The notes below the pieces were generated by a model. That model was not told the origin of the DNA, made no database searches, and saw only the letters and a program-made list of their open reading frames with translations. A stretch of 64,000 nt of DNA, from positions 2,336,001-2,400,000 of the forward strand of contig OY761614.1 of assembly GCA_963664825.1 (NCBI GenBank), read 5' to 3'. A program made the position numbers and the translations under genes. Origin of the DNA: an uncultured Holophaga sp. (lineage in GTDB: Bacteria > Acidobacteriota > Holophagae > Holophagales > Holophagaceae). Positions 50,227 through 60,439 of this stretch are shown here, piece by piece. Every line of letters starts with the position of its first letter. Positions within the stretch are counted from its first letter, which is position 1.

Positions 50227-52026
50227 TCAGCGGTCTTCCGAGGCGTCGATATCGAGCCAGGTGAACCACAGGGGATGGGTCTGTTTGTACCAGCGGAGGA
50301 TTTCCAGCAGCTTGACCTGGAAGGGGATGGGAATGACCTCCGGGGGGATGCGGTCGAAGTGGATCCGGATGTGATCCTGCTGGGGGAATTCGAGGGCTTC
50401 GGAACAGAGGGTCTGCAGTTCGTTGCGGATCCGTCCGGAATCGGAGATGCGCACGGGGCGCTGCTGGTAGGCCTCACCCCCCATGAAGCGGCTGAGCAGT
50501 GGATTGAAGACCAGCCAAGCCTGTTTCAGGGTCTCCATCAGCCGCAGGGTGAAGGTGATCCGCTTGTCCCCCCGGCCGCTGGCCAGCCGCACGGTCACCT
50601 TGTAGAGGTCCGGCCCCACCTGCTCCACCCCCGGCGCGCCGGAGTAGGGGTCGGGGCACATGTAGCCCGAAATGGCCAGCACGTCCCACTTTTTCTCCGG
50701 GAAGAAATCGCTCGCATCGAGGATGGGCTTGTGGAGGGGAATGCCCGCCTGGTCGGCATCCTCGATCATCGCCCGGTAGTGGTCGAGGATGGAGGGGTCG
50801 ATATCGCGTTCCAGCACCTGGCCCAGGCGCATCGGGAAGTCCTCCGCCTCGGGGTCCAGCCTCATCACGAGGCGTTCCCGGTCGTAGGGCACCTCGAAGG
50901 TGGAGGTGAAGGGCGTGATGTAGGCCACCAGACCCAGCATGGGGGCCAGGCTGGTGGCCTGGATGGCCTCCGCCGAGGCGGCGTATCCATCGCAGAGGAA
51001 CAGGTGGCGCGCGCCATCTTGCTCGTAGGGACCGATGCAGAAGGTCGGGGCATAGGTGCCCGATTCGGTGAAGACGGGCAGGCCCGAGGGGAGCACGAAG
51101 TCGTCTCCGACGATATGGGCCCCGAGATCGGTCCACTCCTTCCAGAGCCCCTGGATGCGCATCTCCCGGCTCTTGCCGCCCAGAGTCCAGATATGGATAT
51201 TCTCCGGGGCGATCTCGGGGTAGGTCATGCGGATGGCCCGCATCACCTGGGCCCGGGGCGTGCGGAAGGAGAGCTGAATCGATTCTTCGGCAGCCCGGTC
51301 GGCCACTGCCTGGGGAAGGAAGAGATTGCCCATGTAGCCCTCGTAGGGGCGGGTGATGGCCAGGGGCTGGTTGAAGAGATGCAGGACCGTCATGGGCCCG
51401 GTTTCTGCGCCCTTGGAGAAGCGGGAGGTGTTTTCCAGGGTATCGATGGCCGCGCCCCACACCGTGATGCCGGCGGCCTTGATATCCCGATAGAACTCGT
51501 CCCAGCCGTAGTTGTCATGGTTGAGGAGGCGCACGACCTTGCGGTCGAGCCAGCGGGCCACCGAGGGGCGGGCGTAGACCCGGCCGAAGCCCAGTTGGGG
51601 GTTGGAACCCATCTCCGGGGTCTCCCCGGCCTTGGGCATCAGTCCCTCCCCCAGGCAGACCATGATGGCGTGGTTCTCCGGGAGCTGGCGCGACAGGTAC
51701 CACAGGCTTTCGCTCATGGCATAGGCCGAGATCGCGTCAGCCTCCTTCTTGGTCTGATTGAGGCCCGATTTGTCCAGCCCCTTGCCGGCGCCGTAGCGGC
51801 CGAAGAGCTTGGTGCCCAGCGAGGTGACGGCGCCGGTCATGGCGAACAAGCGCTCCATGCCGCCATCCATGAACGCGATGTCGGTGGTGAATTCCTTGAC
51901 CGGTTCCCCGCGCACCCAGTTGATTTCCACATTCTCCAGCCATAGGTGGAAGCGGCCAAGGATGGGACGGGTGTCGAAAGCCCACTGGGCGATCAGATCG
52001 CGGGTCTCCTGGGCAGAATCAACCAT
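50227..52026 (-). CDS. hypothetical protein, divergent GlpX (class II FBPase)-like
   Basis: EADAISAYAM, CLGEG, AIDTLENT and GYMG follow the GlpX motif order; AAGGAG RBS. Confidence 0.55.
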   Translation of the reverse strand: MVDSAQETRDLIAQWAFDTRPILGRFHLWLENVEINWVRGEPVKEFTTDIAFMDGGMERLFAMTGAVTSLGTKLFGRYGAGKGLDKSGLNQTKKEADAISAYAMSESLWYLSRQLPENHAIMVCLGEGLMPKAGETPEMGSNPQLGFGRVYARPSVARWLDRKVVRLLNHDNYGWDEFYRDIKAAGITVWGAAIDTLENTSRFSKGAETGPMTVLHLFNQPLAITRPYEGYMGNLFLPQAVADRAAEESIQLSFRTPRAQVMRAIRMTYPEIAPENIHIWTLGGKSREMRIQGLWKEWTDLGAHIVGDDFVLPSGLPVFTESGTYAPTFCIGPYEQDGARHLFLCDGYAASAEAIQATSLAPMLGLVAYITPFTSTFEVPYDRERLVMRLDPEAEDFPMRLGQVLERDIDPSILDHYRAMIEDADQAGIPLHKPILDASDFFPEKKWDVLAISGYMCPDPYSGAPGVEQVGPDLYKVTVRLASGRGDKRITFTLRLMETLKQAWLVFNPLLSRFMGGEAYQQRPVRISDSGRIRNELQTLCSEALEFPQQDHIRIHFDRIPPEVIPIPFQVKLLEILRWYKQTHPLWFTWLDIDASEDR

Positions 52027-52208
52027 GACCGTCTCCTTCTTCACATGCACAGACCCTGCAATGCGCTGGATCCTCATACGGGGCATGGTTCATTGTAAAC
52101 AGAGCCATGGACCTCATGGGCGAAAGGGGGCATTTCGTCAAGATCTGCGCCGTTCCTTCTGGGACAGGAGCGTTCGTCTGGGGAAGGGACCCTGGAAGGG
52201 AAAAGGGA

Positions 52209-52676
52209 TCACTGAGCCTGCAGGCTGGGGGCGTTTTCTGGAAGTTGGGCCGCCGGCCGGGGGTGGGCCTTCTGGGGGAAGGCCCCCGCGTTGATGGCGA
52301 CGAAAGAACCCAGCAGGAAAAATAGCAGGGCCAGCAGGGCGGCGCCGCGCTTACCGGTGGCCAGGGTTCTCGGGGTCAGCTCCGAGACGGCGAGAAGGGC
52401 CAGGGCCAGGATGAGCTTGAGCCGGAAGGCGGAGGATCCGAGCAGGTTCTCATGCTGGTTGAACTTGATGACCCAGAGGAGGATCCCGAAGAGGATGGCC
52501 AGGCGGATGGGCCAGGTCACGGCCTTCTTCCAGACGTTGGCCGCCAATCCTCGCAGATCCTCCCGTTCCTCTTCGAAACCCGAGAGCAGCAGGGCCACGA
52601 CCATGGCTCCGCCTCCCAGGGATAGGGCCACGAAGTGCAGCCACTTCACCAGGAAGAAAGTCTCGAATTGGGGCAT
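52209..52676 (-). CDS. four-helix membrane protein (DUF2269/CopD-like)
   Basis: KWLH followed by four hydrophobic helices. Confidence 0.65.
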   Translation of the reverse strand: MPQFETFFLVKWLHFVALSLGGGAMVVALLLSGFEEEREDLRGLAANVWKKAVTWPIRLAILFGILLWVIKFNQHENLLGSSAFRLKLILALALLAVSELTPRTLATGKRGAALLALLFFLLGSFVAINAGAFPQKAHPRPAAQLPENAPSLQAQ

Positions 52677-52757
52677 GGGAACCTCGGGAACGAGGCTCCA
52701 GCATAGCCACCCGGGCCGGACTCCCGCATCCATGGCCTTCTACTGACGAAAATATTG

Positions 52758-52857
52758 GAACGCGAAGAGCGCTAAGGAAGCGAAAGAAAGCGATTTTTCG
52801 GGTGTGGATCGTATTTGGTTTTTCGCGCTCTCAGCTCGCTTCGCGCCCTTCGCGTTC
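52758..52857. repeat. long palindrome (REP-like family)
   Basis: gaacgcgaagagcgctaag / cttcgcgcccttcgcgttc, 17/19 complementary. Confidence 0.75.
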
Positions 52858-52892
52858 TTCTTGTTCTGTCTCCATGTCCGAGCGTCGCCGCC

Positions 52893-54194
52893 CTAGGCGC
52901 TCGCCCGGGACAAGGGCATGGTCATGCAGCGCGAGCCGCCCCGGGCCCTGGAGAGCTCCCCGCACTCCAGTTGGATGAGGTACTTCCGGCCATCCAGGAG
53001 ATCGATGGCTGGATCGGCCAGGAGCTGTCTCACGGGCAGGACGTTGTAGCCGTTCCTGGCCAGCTCCTCGGCCGTGCCCGTGTTGCGGCTGTAGCTGAAG
53101 ATCACGCCGGGGGCCATGGCGAAGGCATTGGCGCCATCGGTCCACTGTTCCCGCTGCTGCTTGATGCGGTCGCTGCCGCCGCAGGCGATGGGCTTGAGGT
53201 CCAGGCCGACCTGCTTGAGGGTCTTCATCAGGCTGGGCTGAGTGGTGAAGCGCAGTTCCTCGTTCCGCAGATCGATCTTCATGACATTGAGGAGTTCGCC
53301 GCTCTGGCCCGCGAAGAAGGGCGGGAACACCAGGCATTCGTCCTGGCTGATGCGCGTGAAGACGGTATCGAGGTGCATGGCGGAACGGATGGGAGGCATG
53401 AGCACCATGAGCAGGTGCTCGAAACCGGATTCGCCGTTCAGGAACTTTTCCCGCAGGCTCTCGGCCAAGTGGTGCACGGCGTCGGCACTGGTGCGCTCGG
53501 AGCATCCGATGGCCAGCACCTTGTCGCTGAGCACCAGCATATCGCCCCCCTCCATGGCCAGGGGGGCCCGGATCTCGCCCTTCAGGAGGGGTGTCACCTG
53601 GTCGAAGAGCCGCGCCTCTTCGGGGAGGTGGCGGAGCCGGGGGTGGTGGCGGAAGACGTAACTAAGGATGAGGGGCTCCCGTTCCCGGGCCCACGTGGAC
53701 ATGGAATTGACGGAATAGCTCGTGCCCAGCACGGCGGCGGGGTCGCGCATGAAGAGCAGGTTGGGGATGGGCCGCAGGCGGTATTCGAAGCCCCGCTGCC
53801 AGTGGGTGTGGGCTGGGATATCCTCCCAGGCGATGCCGGTGATGATGCTCCGGGCGCATTCCTCCGAGGGCATGTCGCGCAGGAGGTTGCAGGTGGCGTC
53901 CGGCAGGTTGACCAGACGGCGCAGATCCTCGATGAAGGCCAGCTTCACACCCTCCTCGGCCAGGGCCTCCACGAAGAGATCCTGGATATCGAGCACCTCG
54001 TCGGCCACGCGAGCCAGGGCGCTCCGGAAGAGGGCGTGCTCCTCCCGGGCCTGCTCGCCGTGGAGGATATCGTCGAAGAGCAGCTTCTCCATGATGGTGG
54101 GCACCATCAGATCCACTTCCTGGCCGGGAGCGTGAACCACCACTTGCTTGAGGCGGTCGATTTCAGAGAAAACCGAGAGTTGGATCGGCGGCAT
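52893..54194 (-). CDS. arcA: arginine deiminase
   Basis: SEI..L..V..H.PG, LLFDD, FMRD, EGGD, MHLDT and GGSRCMT. Confidence 0.93.
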   Translation of the reverse strand: MPPIQLSVFSEIDRLKQVVVHAPGQEVDLMVPTIMEKLLFDDILHGEQAREEHALFRSALARVADEVLDIQDLFVEALAEEGVKLAFIEDLRRLVNLPDATCNLLRDMPSEECARSIITGIAWEDIPAHTHWQRGFEYRLRPIPNLLFMRDPAAVLGTSYSVNSMSTWAREREPLILSYVFRHHPRLRHLPEEARLFDQVTPLLKGEIRAPLAMEGGDMLVLSDKVLAIGCSERTSADAVHHLAESLREKFLNGESGFEHLLMVLMPPIRSAMHLDTVFTRISQDECLVFPPFFAGQSGELLNVMKIDLRNEELRFTTQPSLMKTLKQVGLDLKPIACGGSDRIKQQREQWTDGANAFAMAPGVIFSYSRNTGTAEELARNGYNVLPVRQLLADPAIDLLDGRKYLIQLECGELSRARGGSRCMTMPLSRASA

Positions 54195-54370
54195 GGAGGG
54201 CTCCAGAAACAGCGCACAGGGGAACAACGACTCCGACCAGGAGGGTACATCCCTGGGAAGCACCTATGCGTCGGGGAATTCTTTGTAACGCCCGCGGCTC
54301 GGTTCGAGCCTTGGGTGCCTCCTTGATCCTACCGGGGCTTCTGCCGCAAATCCACTGGAGGGCCTCGGAG

Positions 54371-55063
54371 CTATTCGGCGTCCACCCTGGGATAGAGGAA
54401 TCCGGCGATGGCCGCACCTATGAGCGGTGCGACCCAGAAGAGCCAGAGCTGCTGCAGTGCCCATCGGCCCTCGACGAAGAAGGCCACGCCCGTGCTGCGG
54501 GCGGGATTCACGCTGGTATTGGTGACCGGAATGCTGATGAGGTGGATGAGGGTGAGGCAGAGTCCGATGGCCAACGGCGCGAATCCTGCCGGGGCCTTTT
54601 TCGACGTGGAGCCCAGGATCACGAATAGGAAGAAGCAGGTCATGACGATTTCACACAGGAGGGCCGCACCCAGACCGTAGCCCCCGGGGCTATGCGGGCC
54701 GTAGCCGTTGCTGGCGAAGGCGCCGGGAGTGAAACCGGGCTTGCCCGAGGCGATGACGAAGAGAATCGCGCCGGCGGCCAGGGCGCCGAGGATCTGGACG
54801 CCCCAGTAGGGCAGGACGTCCCTCCAGGCGAAGCGGCCCCCAACGGCGAGCCCCAGGCTGACGGCCGGGTTCAGGTGGCAGCCGGAGATGGGCCCGATGG
54901 CATAGGCCATGGTGACCACCGTCAGACCAAAGGCGACGGCCACGCCATGGAAGCCGATGCCGAGGCCGGGGAAGGCCGCGGCCAGGACGGCGCTGCCGCA
55001 ACCGCCCAGCACGAGCCAGAGCGTTCCAAGGAATTCCGCAGACAACCGACGGCTCAACGGCAT
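54371..55063 (-). CDS. aqpZ: aquaporin Z
   Basis: [25 protein letters not shown] and NTSVNPARS. Confidence 0.96.
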   Translation of the reverse strand: MPLSRRLSAEFLGTLWLVLGGCGSAVLAAAFPGLGIGFHGVAVAFGLTVVTMAYAIGPISGCHLNPAVSLGLAVGGRFAWRDVLPYWGVQILGALAAGAILFVIASGKPGFTPGAFASNGYGPHSPGGYGLGAALLCEIVMTCFFLFVILGSTSKKAPAGFAPLAIGLCLTLIHLISIPVTNTSVNPARSTGVAFFVEGRWALQQLWLFWVAPLIGAAIAGFLYPRVDAE

Positions 55064-55202
55064 GGTGCCCTCCTGGAAATTGGGTTGTGAAGTTGAGCGA
55101 TTATAGGCCTCGGATCTGAATGGATCTCGTATTTCTTGGGTTGGTTCGAGACTTGCTCAGGCTTTTCCGCCGCTGGGTCGTACCCTTGCAGTCGGAGGCC
55201 CC

Positions 55203-55805
55203 ATGCACAGTTTGTCCCTGGCTCTCGTGATGGCTGTGGCGCCCTTGGTCCAGAGCCAGGGCCTTGAGGAGACCCAGGGGGCTATCGGGGGCGCCTTCCC
55301 CGCAGGGCCAACGGATTCGCGGCTGGAGGCGGGTTGGTCCTTCGCTTTCGGAGGGGTCTACTGGTTCTCGGAGCGGGTCGGCATCCACACGGAGTTGGCC
55401 GTCCATCGCTTCGGCTTATCGGACCGCCTGCGGAATGCCATCGGCCCCGCCAAGGACGGGCTGGCCACCATCCTTTCGATTCCCGTGAACGGGATGTTCC
55501 GCCTCCACGGAGAAGGCGGTTCAGGGCTCTACATCCTGGGAGGGCTGGGAATCTATCACCGCCAACTGGAGCTTTCCGAGCCCGCCACGGCGCCTCTCGC
55601 CATGGACGAACCCTGGGCAGGGACACGGGCGGGCTGGGTCCCCTCGGAAACCCTCAGCACCACGCGAGGGGGTGTGGATGGGGGGCTGGGCTGGGAGATG
55701 CCCCTGGATCGTGGGTATTTCTTCGTGGAAATCCGCTACCACAGGATCTTTACCCGGGACCTGCCCACGGAGTTCATCCCCGTGGTGGTGGGCACACGGT
55801 TCTGA
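55203..55805 (+). CDS. outer-membrane beta-barrel protein
   Basis: Alternating beta strands, YILGGLG and a terminal Phe. Confidence 0.7.
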   Translation: MHSLSLALVMAVAPLVQSQGLEETQGAIGGAFPAGPTDSRLEAGWSFAFGGVYWFSERVGIHTELAVHRFGLSDRLRNAIGPAKDGLATILSIPVNGMFRLHGEGGSGLYILGGLGIYHRQLELSEPATAPLAMDEPWAGTRAGWVPSETLSTTRGGVDGGLGWEMPLDRGYFFVEIRYHRIFTRDLPTEFIPVVVGTRF

Positions 55806-55837
55806 TTGGGGATCGCGTTTGTGCCCAGGATAAAGAC

Positions 55838-55925
55838 GAATTACGGAGGGCACATAGGAATGAAGTCCGCCCAACATTCTGCTTTTCTCTGTGTCCTCTT
55901 TCTTCCTCTGCGCTCTCTGTGGTTC
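55838..55925. repeat. degenerate long palindrome (REP-like family)
   Basis: gaattacggagggcacatagg / cctctgcgctctctgtggttc; the right end resembles 32629-32648. Confidence 0.6.
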
Positions 55926-55969
55926 AGTCGTTCTACCCCTGCTCCGGGGAAAACAACTGATGCAAGGCC

Positions 55970-58894
55970 CTACTTCAGTCCGAAGTAGACTCGGCTGCCG
56001 CCCTCCTGCTTGGCGCGGGGACCGCCTTCGACCTGGAAGACTCGGCTGGCTTCGATTTGGCCGCCCGCCAGCAGCCGGTGGAGGATGGCCTTGGCACGGC
56101 GATCGGCCAGTTCCCGCAGATCATTGGGATCCACCTTCAGGGTGCCCAGCAGGCGTTGTTCCATCTCACCTAGGGGCGGGGCGGGGGTCTTGGACTTTCC
56201 TTTGGGATCCTTGGGGGAGGGAAAGACCGTGGCGTAGGCCTCCGCCAGCCAGCGGGGGCGTTCCTCGGCTCCAATTTCAACGGCTTCCGCATCCCGTTCC
56301 GGAGCCTTGGCCCGCAGGGCCTTCGCCTTGGCCTGGCGGATCAATCCTTCCAGGGCGAGCTTCTGAAAGGCGGCGCCGTCCGCGGCTGGGTCCGCCGTGC
56401 CTTCGAGCTCCAGGCTCAGATCGGGGCGCTCCGAGAGGGATTTGGCGATCACTTCCACCTTCTTCTGCGCGGCGGCGTCCGGCTCGGAACTCCCCGGCGG
56501 GAAGGCCGCGAAGCTCAGATCCTCGCCTCCGCCTCCGAAGAGGTTGCCGATGAGCGTGAAGGGGGAGGTCACGATCTTGGTGAGCACGTTGAAGAGCGCG
56601 TGCCAGACGATTTTGCCGTAGCGGAAATCCGGGTCATCCAGGCTCCCTTCCACGGGGAGATCCAGGGTGATGATGCCCTTGCGGTCCCGAAGGAGGGCCA
56701 TGGCCAGTCTCACCGGGAGCTTCGTGGCCTCAGGGCTCTGGACCTTGTCGCCCAGGAAGAACTGGTCCAGCTTCGCGTTCACCTGGGCATTGAGCTTGCG
56801 CTGCTGGATCTTCACATGGGCGTCCACGTCGAGCTTGCCCTTGCGCACGGTGTAGCCCAGGTACTTGCCCGTGTAGGGGCTGAAGTCGGAGAGCTCGGCC
56901 CCTTGGATGCGCATCCGGATATCGGTGTCCTGATCCCGGCGCAGGGGCATGCTGTGGCCCTGGATGGAGAGGGGCGCCAGGCCTCCGGCCTTGCCCGTCA
57001 GGCTGAGGGAGGCATTGCCGGTGGCCTCGGTGGAGAGGCCCGTGTTGGTGCCCTCCAGGTCCGTGAGGAGAAAGGCCGCGTTGGGTTCGACGCTGCGGTC
57101 GATGAAGGTGAGGCGCCCCCCCTTCATGTGCAGCCTCTGGACGGCGACGTGGAAGGGCTCCTCGGTCATCGTGCGGGGAACCATGCTGCCCAGGACGGCC
57201 CCCGCGGGGGGTTTCGGGGCTTCAGCTTCCGCCTTGAGGGCGCGGGCCACGTTGGTGGTGCCGTCCTTGGAGATGACCATGCGGTGCTCGCCCTCGAGGA
57301 GTTCCACGTTCCGGATGGCTAGCTTTCGGGGATTCGTGCAGAGTTCCAAGTCCTCCAGGCGCAATTCCCTGTAGCGCAGGAAGGGCTCTCGCTGGGCGCC
57401 ATCCATGGCTTCGAAGCCCTCCAGGCGAGTGCTCCCGTGGAAGGAAACGGAATCCGAGGCCTTGCCCGTGAAGGTCCCCTTCAGGTGGCCCGCCAGGGAA
57501 AGCTGTCCCCGGTTGATCCGCAGATCCAGGGTCGGATCCAGGTAGGGGTCCAGAGGGGAGAGGGAGAGGCCTTCGAGCTGGAGGGCCAGGTCCAGCCCTG
57601 GGACGAAGGGGGAGATGGAACCCTCCGCCTGGAGCTTGGCGTGGCCATCCAGCAGGAGGCTGGCGGCGAGGTGGGCCGAGGCTCCTGGGTCCAGGCTGAG
57701 ATCCTGGAGCGTGATATCGATATGCTCGGCGGAGAGGCGCACGGGGCGCGGGGGGACCTGATCCTGGAAGGCGATGCTGAAATTCCGGGTGCCGAGTTCC
57801 TTTACCCGCAACGCGAAGGGCTTTTCAGGCTCCTGAGGCTTGGGGCGGGGCTTGGGTGTCAGCAGCTTCACCAGGCTGATCTCGCCATTCCGCAACCGCG
57901 TGATATCGAGCTTCCCGTCCCAGGCCAGGATGGATCCCACCTCCAGGGAACGCGCCACCAGGTCGGCCTGGGCGCCCCGGATCTCGAGCCGGGGCAGATC
58001 CACGGCGTTCTCAGCCCTGCCCTTTTCGGCGAGCTTGAGGTTCAGCAGATCCAGGGTGCCGTCCTGGATCTGGATGATGTGGACCCCTGCGGACCACTGG
58101 AAGACGTAGCTGGCCTGAAGGGAGGCCAGGCCATCCCTCAGATCGAAGGCCACCTGATCCCGGTAGTAGGGGTGGTATTTGGGAAGCTTGAGATGCTCCA
58201 GGGAGAGCCTGCCCTGGGAACGGAGGGGTTCCGTGGAGAAGACGCCGTTCCAGGCGAAGGTCTCGCCGGATTCCGTGCGCCCCGTGAAGGCATATGGGTT
58301 CCGGCTATTCCGGGCGGTCTTGAATCCACGGAGTTCCAGGCTGAGAGGGCCCAGGGTGGTGGCGAAGGGTTCCCTTAGGCTGCGGTCCAGGAGCTGGATG
58401 CGGGCCCCCCTGATGGCCAGGTGGCCGATGGCGATCTCTCGGGGGCGGGGCTCGGGCTTGGACTGGGCGGCGGGTTCTGTTTTCCCCAAACGGTCTAGGA
58501 TATCGGCAAAGTTCAGCTGTCCGTTCTGCTCCACCACCACATGGCCGTAAGGGCCCACCAGCTCCACATCCTGGAGCGAGAGGGTGCGGCTCCAGAGGCT
58601 GGAAGCCCCCAGGTTCACGTAGAGCCTCTCCCAGGCCAGGAAGGCTTCGCCATCCCTGTCCTGGACTCTGAATCCATCCAGGGTGATGGAGAGCGCGAAG
58701 GGGTTGGCGCGCACCCGCTGGAGGGTGACGGTCCGGCCCAGTATTCGGGAGAGCCGGGGGGGTAGCTGGGCCTTGATCAGGGCAGGCAGCACCAGGAAGC
58801 CCAGGAGGGCGTAGAGGAGGAGCAGGGAAGCCAGCGCCACCAGGAGCCGACGGCCCCAGCGGGGGCAGCTTTGAAGTAGGGTTGTCATCTTCAT
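55970..58894 (-). CDS. DUF748 (AsmA-like) protein
   Basis: YALLGFLVLP anchor, NPF, and LLRD..G.I.LDLPVEGSLDDPDF. Confidence 0.88.
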   Translation of the reverse strand: MKMTTLLQSCPRWGRRLLVALASLLLLYALLGFLVLPALIKAQLPPRLSRILGRTVTLQRVRANPFALSITLDGFRVQDRDGEAFLAWERLYVNLGASSLWSRTLSLQDVELVGPYGHVVVEQNGQLNFADILDRLGKTEPAAQSKPEPRPREIAIGHLAIRGARIQLLDRSLREPFATTLGPLSLELRGFKTARNSRNPYAFTGRTESGETFAWNGVFSTEPLRSQGRLSLEHLKLPKYHPYYRDQVAFDLRDGLASLQASYVFQWSAGVHIIQIQDGTLDLLNLKLAEKGRAENAVDLPRLEIRGAQADLVARSLEVGSILAWDGKLDITRLRNGEISLVKLLTPKPRPKPQEPEKPFALRVKELGTRNFSIAFQDQVPPRPVRLSAEHIDITLQDLSLDPGASAHLAASLLLDGHAKLQAEGSISPFVPGLDLALQLEGLSLSPLDPYLDPTLDLRINRGQLSLAGHLKGTFTGKASDSVSFHGSTRLEGFEAMDGAQREPFLRYRELRLEDLELCTNPRKLAIRNVELLEGEHRMVISKDGTTNVARALKAEAEAPKPPAGAVLGSMVPRTMTEEPFHVAVQRLHMKGGRLTFIDRSVEPNAAFLLTDLEGTNTGLSTEATGNASLSLTGKAGGLAPLSIQGHSMPLRRDQDTDIRMRIQGAELSDFSPYTGKYLGYTVRKGKLDVDAHVKIQQRKLNAQVNAKLDQFFLGDKVQSPEATKLPVRLAMALLRDRKGIITLDLPVEGSLDDPDFRYGKIVWHALFNVLTKIVTSPFTLIGNLFGGGGEDLSFAAFPPGSSEPDAAAQKKVEVIAKSLSERPDLSLELEGTADPAADGAAFQKLALEGLIRQAKAKALRAKAPERDAEAVEIGAEERPRWLAEAYATVFPSPKDPKGKSKTPAPPLGEMEQRLLGTLKVDPNDLRELADRRAKAILHRLLAGGQIEASRVFQVEGGPRAKQEGGSRVYFGLK

Positions 58895-59038
58895 GGCCCC
58901 AGAATAGGTCGGGATAACTTCTTGTAGAAATACTTTAAAGAGCTAAGATTGGCGCATCATCCATGGTCCCGAGGCCATGACTACCCATTTCGGGTGTGTC
59001 GGTTAATCGGTCGACGCCTTCTCTATAGAGGAGTACCA

Positions 59039-60385
59039 ATGTCCGAACCCCGTCGCGTTCTCATCCTGGGAGCCGCTGGCCGCGACTTCCATAACTTCAA
59101 CACCGTCTACCGCGATAACCCGGCCTTCAAGGTCGTGGCCTTCACGGCGACCCAGATTCCCGATATCGCGGGCCGCGCCTATCCGGCCGTCCTGGCCGGG
59201 AAGCTCTATCCCGCGGGGATTCCCATCTTCGACGAGAGCGAGCTGGCCAACGTCATCCAGCGCGAGAAACCCGATGTGGCCGTCTTCTCCTACTCCGACG
59301 TGAAGCACGAGACCGTCATGCATCTGGCGAGCCTCTGCACGGCCATGGGCGTGGACTTCGAGCTGCTGGGCTGCGACAAGACCATGATCAAGTCCACCAA
59401 GCCCGTCATCGCCATCACCGCTGTCCGTACGGGCGCCGGCAAGAGCCAGACCACCCGCTACATCAGCAATATCCTGAAGGCCATGGGCAAGAAGGTGGTG
59501 GCCATCCGCCACCCCATGCCCTACGGCGATCTGGCCATCCAGGCCTGCCAGCGCTTTGCGGACTACTCCGATCTCGACAAGCACAAGTGCACCATCGAGG
59601 AGCGCGAGGAGTACGAGCCCCATATCGACAACGGCTTCATCATCTACTCCGGCGTGGACTACGAGCAGATCGTGCGCAGCGCCGAGAAGGAAGCCGATGT
59701 CATCCTCTGGGATGGCGGCAATAACGACACGCCCTTCTACGCCTGCGATCTGCACATCTGCGTGGCCGATCCCCTCCGTTCCGGGCACGAGATGATGTAC
59801 CACCCCGGCGAGGCCAACTTCCGCCGGGCCGATGTCATCGTCATCAACAAGTGCGATAGCGCCAAGGAAGCCGATATCGTGGCCATTGAGGAGAACGCCA
59901 AGAAGTTCAACCCCAAGGCCATCGTCATCCGCGCCAATAGCCCCGTGACCTGCGAGAAGCCCGAGCTGGTCAAGGGCAAGAAGGCTCTCGTCATCGAGGA
60001 TGGTCCGACCCTCACCCACGGCTCCATGAATATGATGGGTGCCGGCGTGGTGGCCGCCAGGGCCGCCGGCGCGGCCTCCATCGTGGACCCCACGCCCTAC
60101 GCCGTGGCCTCCATCGCTGCCACCTACAAGAAGTATCCCAATGCCCAGGGCATCCTGCCCGCCATGGGCTATGGCGATGCCCAGGTGAAGGATCTGGAGA
60201 AGACCATCGACGCCACTCCCTGCGATATCGTGGTCTCCGGCACGCCCATCGATATCACCCGGGTCCTCAAGGTCAATAAGCCCATGGTGCGCGCCACCTA
60301 TGAGCTGGCCGAGGTCACCAAGGGCCAGATGGAAGCCGCCATCAAGAAGATCATGAAGACGAGCTGCGGCTGCAACTGCAAGTAA
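59039..60385 (+). CDS. P-loop protein of the cyclic 2,3-diphosphoglycerate synthetase-like / arginine synthetase (ArcE) family
   Basis: GAAGRDFHNFN, AVRTGAGKSQT, RHPMPYG, TIEEREEYE, WDGGNND and EDGPTLTHG. Confidence 0.85.
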   Translation: MSEPRRVLILGAAGRDFHNFNTVYRDNPAFKVVAFTATQIPDIAGRAYPAVLAGKLYPAGIPIFDESELANVIQREKPDVAVFSYSDVKHETVMHLASLCTAMGVDFELLGCDKTMIKSTKPVIAITAVRTGAGKSQTTRYISNILKAMGKKVVAIRHPMPYGDLAIQACQRFADYSDLDKHKCTIEEREEYEPHIDNGFIIYSGVDYEQIVRSAEKEADVILWDGGNNDTPFYACDLHICVADPLRSGHEMMYHPGEANFRRADVIVINKCDSAKEADIVAIEENAKKFNPKAIVIRANSPVTCEKPELVKGKKALVIEDGPTLTHGSMNMMGAGVVAARAAGAASIVDPTPYAVASIAATYKKYPNAQGILPAMGYGDAQVKDLEKTIDATPCDIVVSGTPIDITRVLKVNKPMVRATYELAEVTKGQMEAAIKKIMKTSCGCNCK

Positions 60386-60407
60386 GCAAAAGATCTCTGT
60401 TGGAATA

Positions 60408-60439
60408 AAGAAATCGGGCGCCGAAGCGCCCGATTTCTT
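60408..60439. terminator. bidirectional terminator
   Basis: aagaaatcgggcgc-cgaa-gcgcccgatttctt. Confidence 0.8.

Noticed and set aside
54290..54320. GGTTCGAGCC resembling a tRNA T-arm
   Set aside because: No acceptor, D or anticodon stems could be built; it is only a short local palindrome.
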